64,000 bases of DNA from the NCBI GenBank assembly GCA_964016885.1, contig OZ024746.1:20274001-20338000 (forward strand), given 5' to 3'. This DNA is from Eledone cirrhosa. Lineage: Eukaryota. The notes under the pieces are model-generated. The model had not been told where the DNA came from. It worked only from the letters and a program-made list of their open reading frames with translations, and searched no databases. How positions within the stretch are numbered: the first letter of the stretch is position 1; every line of letters starts with the position of its first letter. A program made the translations under genes and the position numbers. Of this stretch, positions 56,666 through 64,000 are shown one piece after another.

Positions 56666-58343
56666 ATATGCACATACATATATTGATCACACATTGTCTA
56701 GCATACTGACTAGAATATTCTTTGATGCAATAAGACTGAAACATGTCTTGATTTTACCAGCTGATTTTAAAGACCAGGTTCACTTGAGTCTGTATTGTCT
56801 ATATTGTCAAAAAATTTCAATCATCTGATCTTAGTTTGAAAAGATTTCAGATTCAAGTTTATTGATGTGGTTTTACTTTTCAGTTATACATACATTCATA
56901 TTAATTATTAGGTTCATTTAAAATTTTCCAAATACCTGTTTAGTTAGGTGCTTGGTTAAGATACATAAAACCTGGAGCAAACCAGTATGGAGTATATCAA
57001 TGTCCTATCCACTTCAGTTAGTGATAACTTTGGATGTTTAATGATGTATGAAGGTGAACATTTTATCTTAAACTTCTTCCAACTGCCGACATATTTGTTG
57101 AACAACCAGGAGTAAAAGTCACATTTGTTTTTGTGAAAAAAATAAAAATAGTTGACGTTTCTTTTGAATGCTTGTGCTGAAAGTCACTGGCGGCAATCCG
57201 GCATATTCAGCTACCAGCCTAGGCTTAGCTGCCTGCCAGGCCAAAGACGCAAAACTGTCAAAGTATCGGCCACCCTCTGGTAAGTTTGTGGTTGAGCCTG
57301 TAGCAGTGGCCAGCATTCTTGGCCACTCCTGAACCACATTCCTGCTCACTGCTATCAGAACAGAGTTGGCTATAGGCAAGTTGGAGTGGCTGTTCCAGTG
57401 CATCTTCCTCGCCATTGGCTGGGACCATGAGGGCAAACTGTCCCTTAAGCCTTTACTATTGTATTTCCATGATAAAGGCTTTATTTCACATAATATCGAA
57501 TTTATGAAATTTTTTGATATTATATATTTTTAGAACAATACCTTAACATCAGTATGAGTGGCCAGTTACGACCGGTTTGAACAGAAAGAGGTGAGGGAAT
57601 TCTGGCTGGATACAGCCGGTTTAAATGCTAAATTTATGGTGGTGCATATGGAATAGATTTACTTCCATAAGCATGAATAGGTTGAGAAACGAAACAAGTA
57701 TCAAACAGCTTTGAAAGACAACAAAATGACAACAGTGGTCAAAGTACAGTGTATTTAGTTCTTCTAAAGGTGATAAACAAAATAAGGTAAGAGAAAGGTA
57801 TCAATAAATTCATCATTATAGATGTAGCAGTACTTTAGATTCTATGACCCCATTAATGGTCAATGTATACAAAAATTATGAAATGTAATTTTTTCCCCAT
57901 TGACTGAATATGTTCACACTGAATCTTTGAATGTGTGTAAGCCTGAAAATATTCAGGTAATTCCAGTGCTTATTACAGCTACCAAAAAACTATTGAAAAG
58001 AAAAGTGTATGCAGTATTTTGTTCTAAAGATGCATACAGCCTACAAACCATGGACCTGTTTTGAAGAAATATGAATTATATTTAAATATTTGTCTACAGT
58101 TAAATTTATTTTGTGTACTGGTTGTGTAACATGAATACGAACATACATTAGGATTCATTTAACAAGAGTCCATTTCAAACAGTGTAACTGTTGTACGCTT
58201 CTATATTAAATATTTTTTTAGTATCAATAATTTCATCTAACTTTCTTTTTATTTCTAATTTCATTTATTTATACGAGCTAAAGGGAAAACAATCTGACTG
58301 AAGCTATTATTTTGGCTCTAAACTCAGTGGTTTGTTTTTGTAG

Positions 58344-58421
58344 GACAACACAGCTTCCAGTCCTTTAGTTAACGACATACAACAGATACGGCAGCAAATC
58401 CAAACTGCTATGAACAATACA
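58344..58421 (+). CDS. EEF1D: Elongation factor 1-delta-like, next coding exon (gene continues beyond the window)
   Basis: tttgtttttgtAG acceptor; DNTASSPLVNDIQQIRQQIQTAMNNT resembles ASVILRDIARARENIQKSL; GTGAGT donor, phase 0. Confidence 0.75.
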
Positions 58422-58872
58422 GTGAGTGTGATAACTTCTTCTTTAGTTGGTCTTCATTGTAGTTCATAATATCACTGTGCCTTGCAGTAAATTTCACTTG
58501 AGTCAATGTTTTGTCTTCCCTTTTTTATTCTTTACTATTTATCCAATTTATCTGCCAGAATAAAGAAATAAAATGTGATATCCATAGTCAGCTATTAATA
58601 TACCCCCTCCCTATCATTATTGGGTCTAAAATTGCAGACTTAAAACTGAATTTTTTAAATTTCTTTTTTTTTCTTTCTTTTTTTACCTTATTCCTTTTGC
58701 TAAAATATAATTTTTCTCCCGATTTTTAAAAATATCAATTTATGTGAGTATGTGTGCGTACCTTGAGTGATGCTGAGATGTTAAGCTCTCAGCCGGTTTT
58801 TTTATTTATATATGAACTGAGTAACAGAAGTTGATATACACTGAACTAAATGCTTTTCAATTATTATAATAA

Positions 58873-59090
58873 TAATTATAGCAGTATGATTGAAGGTTAT
58901 GACAATGTAAAATGGACGGCAGATTTTGGAATAAATTTAAGGCAACGTAGATGATGGCGTGTCACCTGTTATTTTATTTACCTGTAAATAAAATAACAGG
59001 TGACACACATCTTTAGTGCCTTCAATTTATTCCAAAATCTGCTGTCCATTTTGCACTGTTGTAGCCTTCAAACAACATACTGCTATAATT
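58873..59090. repeat. ~220 bp imperfect palindrome in an EF1-delta-like intron
   Basis: Perfect 22 bp core GTGTCACCTGTTATTTTATTTA cctg TAAATAAAATAACAGGTGACAC with diverged outer arms. Confidence 0.9.
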
Positions 59091-59721
59091 GAATAAAGCA
59101 GTGGATATGTCAGCATGAGACAATATATTTTGTGGAAACAATCATTATCATAACTTAATATCATAGTCTTTTATCCCAAATTGTTGACTTTTAGGAATAG
59201 CTAAAAAGTTAGACATTAAAAATAGCTGGAAATTCAAATATTTCTGTTGGCCATGTAAGTTAGTAATATTAATAAAAAGTATCATAGCTTTGATAGCTCT
59301 GAATCAGTAATACTATTGCTTAACTTTAACCTAAAACATTTGCAAGCTTTTCTCCTCTTTTACTATACTCATAGCAAATTCTTTTCATACACTCTAACGT
59401 GATTGGCGTTAAGAAGGGCATCCAGCTGTAAAAACCAAGCCAAAATACAGATCTGTATGAGCAAGATGTGGTCTCTGGACCTGATTTGTCTCATAATTTG
59501 ACAGCGCATCAAACCCATGCAAGCATGAAAAAATAAACATTGAATGAGGATGACACAAGCACACTTATCAAAAACGATTCTAGCATCTCTTGCCAATATA
59601 ATAAGTTGTGTTACAGCAGTTCTGATATGTTAACATTTAATTTAAAGTAATAACTTGGGAAAGCTTTTATAACAAACATTTTTGATAAATCACGGAAGCT
59701 TACAGTTGTATTTCAAACTAA

Positions 59722-59755
<34 letters not shown>

Positions 59756-60757
59756 TGTCAAATACATTATCTAATAATCATCTTCAAATTATATTTATTA
59801 TTTATAATTAGCTCAGGGTGGGGGGTGGCAGTATTGGTAAAGCATCGGACAACATTCTTTGTACCATAGTTATGTCCCTTTACTTTCCGAGTTCAAATCC
59901 TGCCAAGGTTAGCTTTGTTTTTCGTCCTTACAGGGGTCAATAAAATAAAGTATCAGCAATGTACTGGGGGTCGATTTAATTAACTTCCCCCTCATCCAAA
60001 TTGTTGGCCTTGTGCCAAAATCAGAAACTATTATTTATAATTATTTAGAAGCATATATTTTTCATGTTCTATAGAAACCTTGTATCTAATAAGTAAGATA
60101 TGATGCTTGAGAAAAAAGGAGTTACATGTGGATTCATTATTTTGATTGTAGGTGGGTTGCTATTAAATTCTAAACAAGTCTTTTGGAATTATTTATTGAA
60201 TGACAGTAAATTATCAATCCATAATTTCCACAACTTCTGTTGAAGTTGTAGGAAAGCCGTATTTACATACAGCATTTCATGGCATTTTTAAGCTTGGCGG
60301 AGCCCATCTCCCTCCAGACTTGAGTTAAGCAGATTTCTTGCAGAGAAAGAGATACAGGAAGAATCGACCACAGTATGTCACTGGTACTTTTTTTTATCAA
60401 CTTCAAATGGATGAAAGTCAAAGTTGACCTCTGCAGGATTTGAACTCAGAGAGCAGGAACGAATACCACAAAGCATTCTATCCAGCATTCTAACGACTCT
60501 ACCAATTTGCCGCCTTATTTGTTGTTTATCTGTTACAAAAGATGAATAATCCATTGATGAAATATAATGTTCAGCATACATGGAGAAATTAAAATGTAAT
60601 GCTTCCTACATTGGAGAGTAAAAGGATAGGATACATCATGATAATGGACCAAGAATTGAAGATATTTAGTTAAGAAGAGTTAATTGATCTGGTGAGTTTC
60701 TTCTAAATGAAAAACCAGAGTACCAGTAATTATTTGGCTGGCCTAGATTTGAGAGTG

Positions 60758-60944
60758 ACTGTATATACTCTAATATAAGCAGAGAAATATGTGACCAAAA
60801 GAATCGATGGTAAAAGGGGGTTGGCTTATATTTGGAGTCAATAGTTTGATGATTTTCACCAACTTCAAATTCTACGTAAACAAGGTTTGGATTTTTGCCC
60901 ATCTCTCTATAGTAGGGTCAGCTTATATTCGAATATCTACAGTA
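60758..60944. mobile_element. Tc2/pogo-like MITE (copies 22322-22512; partial 34390-34490)
   Basis: TIRs ACTGTATATACTC..TATAAGC / GCTTATATTCGAATATCTACAGT. Confidence 0.72.
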
Positions 60945-63339
60945 TTTGGCTGGCCTAGAGTTGAGAGTTATATGAAGTCTGAAGAAGTCTCAGCCTTGTA
61001 AATGTAGATAAAACAACTTATAGGGGCTGAAGAAGACTCTTTGATGTTCCAAATATAAAAAAAGGAGACATTGGCAATGATGAAATGCAATTCAGACCTA
61101 TGTAATGGGAAATAGTTATATGACTCGTTCTTGAAATAACTAATGCTTGTTACTTTCTGTTAAACACCAGAGTTCACATGATGTGCTTGAAAACGTTTTA
61201 TATAGGGCTTGAATTCACTTTGTAACAATGGCTGTGTTTATTCAGATCCTTGTGAATATTTGTTCCTCTGCATTGATTCACAACTGTAAGTAGTGGATAA
61301 AGTAAGAAATATACAAAAAAATGTAACATTTTAAACCAACTATAGTTATAATATAACATTGAAAACTATATTTAGTGTGACTTCATATATACCAGCTGTG
61401 GGCAAACCTATTGTACAGCTTATCAATACAAAATATATACAAAGTTGTTGTTATACAAAGTTTACATGCATAAGTATTATTGTAAATATTTCATGTTTTG
61501 TGGTTTAATTGTAAATATTTTCTTGTTCGTTGGACACCATTGATATCTGAAGTTAACATGGTTGTAATTGTTTATCCATTCTAATCCAACTTGTTTTGGC
61601 CCACTGACATTGATATATACAGCTCTTTTAGTTTTATAAATTTAATCACTCCTGGTATATATATTTATATATTCCAAGTAAAAAGATATTCACATATAGC
61701 TAGTTAGTACTTTGGCCCATTAACATTGATGCATACAGCTCTTTTAGTTTAAGTTTAACCACACCTGGTATATATATATTCTAACTAAAAAGATTTCCAC
61801 AGATCACTTAGTATTTTAAATGTTGGCAAGAGATGACATTTTTTTAAAGGAGATATTCAGATACTGGATTTTATTTAGTATGAAACAGTAATGGGGCTTT
61901 TGGCAACGTCGAGGTTAGCTTTGCCTTTCATCCTTACGGGGTCGATAAAATAAAGTACCAGTAACACACAGGTAGATTTAATCGACTTTTCCGTCCCCAA
62001 AAATTGTTGGCCTTGTGTCTAAATCAGAAACCATCATTTAAAACCACAAACGTTTCCCACATATACACTCATACTTCTCTCTCCCAACTCCCCTCCTCAT
62101 TATCAGCATTAAATATCACTGTATTGTTGCTTCTTTGCTCCCTTCTATTTTCTCTGTAGCTTTTTAAGTGTCTGCCTTGACATGTTAACTAAAATCTACT
62201 TCATTCTAGTGGGTTATTGGAATAAAAAAAATATATTGTGTTTAGTGGATGTCTTACTGCTAATTGTTATTGCATGATTCCAAACTTAACTAAATCTTAA
62301 AGATTATTTCCTACGATGGGATTGGGTTATTAATCCTATTGATAATATATCTCTGTTGAAAAAAAACTACCAATAATTTTGAAAATCAAGAATTTGAAGG
62401 GGTGTAGTAATAGAATTTTTTTTTTTTTTAAATGATGTGGTGATTGAAACAACAGAAGTTCTTATGTAGAATTTGGATGGAAGGATTTTATGTAATAGAA
62501 CAAAGTGTGCTTTTAGCCAGTTTAGTACCAAAAGAGTTAACATTCTTTTGTATTCCCTTTTACACTTCCATCACAGTTCAACTAAAGCTGAAATTCCAAT
62601 CACCACCATCATCATCATCATTACATCCATTTCTCCACACTTGCATGGGTTGGAGAGGAAAAGCACTTAGGTTTCCTTTTTTTTTTTCTTTTAGATACAG
62701 CATTGTTGACCAGCCATATTTGATAATTAAGTTTTCTTTAAGCTAGGTTTGATTCAACACTTCATCGGCAACAAAATTTCTTTATCATGCATATTTTGCA
62801 TGGATAGCTGTGTTTGTGCTGTAAATGCACACTGCATGTCCTTTGCTAGCATGAGTACATTGCACGTCCTCTTTTACATTTTGCTTAATCTTAAGATTAA
62901 CTTACCTGTTTTGTGCTTTTAATATCCCAAAGCTTTAATTTAAAAAGAAATGTTCTAAATACTGTTTGTGCTTTTAAAATGATTGCTAATTAATTAATTA
63001 ATTTTTCTATGTTATTAAGTTCTTGTAAATAAATATTAATTAAATTATAAATGAAGCCTTCGTTTTAATTTTCATTCCATTTGAGTACATAAACATATAA
63101 ACAACTGTTTAAATATCTATCTAAACAATAAAATATTTAAATAATTCTAATATCAGGAGTAAAAGTTAATTTAAAAATAAATTAAGTAAACACTTTAAAA
63201 TTTCAATAAATACAAGAGTGTATGATTCCATTAATTAAAATAAGTAATTTTTAAAATATATAATTGATTTTTTTTTTTTATTCATTTAATTTTTTTTTAA
63301 TTATTAAAGAATATTTACACAAATCTACTTCTATGCCGA

Positions 63340-64000
63340 TTATTTCTGTATGATTTCAACTCACTACCATTTTTCACTGACACTAGTTGGTTATCTCATT
63401 TGAGCGATGATGGCCTGGGAATGACTCTGGGTGTTGTTGAGGACAGTCTGAGCAGGCCCCCTTCTGGAGGACTTTCAGGTTGGGGATTATTGACATTTTC
63501 TAAAAATCCATGACATGGCAGTGCTACAGAGAGATACTACCAGTTTGAGACAAGCTCTTCCTTCAGACACGAAAGTGCCAACAAACGGACTTGTCTGAGA
63601 TGCACACAGGATGACAAAACTGTCCTGTGTGCTTTCATCTAGTGACCATGCATTGCTGAGTTGTGGGCTTGTGTTGAACAAATACTATCACATGTAGATC
63701 AGATCCTGCTGGTCTATAGTGAAGAGATTGAACTACCACCTTATTTTAGAAGGGAGACATAGCAAGTCTTCCTCTGTCTGGTAGCCATGACAAAGGAAGC
63801 TGTATGGTCTAAAAGGATTGGGGACATGAATCATCATCTCTGGCTAAGCCCTATTCAACTTCTTGAAGAGGAAGGTGAAGGTAGAGAGAAGAAAGTACTG
63901 CCTTCTAGTTTGTGGAAGATGAATGAGAGCAGTGAGATTGATGGGCCTGATTGGGCCTACACTAACTCTGCTTTCCTAAAGAAGAGGAAAGAAACTGGGA
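63340..64000 (-). mobile_element. Decayed LINE relic, probably RTE
   Basis: GC-richer segment with K.RGLLRLSSTTPRV...IAQMR-like text after an endonuclease-end-like stretch; runs off the window. Confidence 0.45.

Overview
AT-rich, repeat-dominated animal genomic DNA. The SINE families and very long (TA)n tracts suggest an octopod cephalopod, which is an inference. Two spliced host genes diverge from each other: a complete 3-exon CHRAC1 (minus strand, 37632..31079, 106 aa) and the 5' part of an EF1-delta-like gene (plus strand; putative TOP/TCT first exon near 42093, coding exons 47745-47855 and 58344-58421). The first 12 kb is a large TA microsatellite holding a 5'-truncated Tx1/L1-type LINE and a near-intact CR1-group LINE. 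The rest contains tRNA-derived SINEs, RTE fragments, Tc1/mariner- and piggyBac-type MITEs and a non-autonomous Helitron. The most unusual signal is about a dozen type I hammerhead-ribozyme-like motifs from several sequence families. They sit in Penelope-like pseudo-LTR debris that repeatedly forms long palindromes, and some palindromes appear to fold back at the ribozyme stem II hairpin. All YI/IY-repeat ORFs are microsatellite artefacts. Coordinates of degenerate repeats are approximate.
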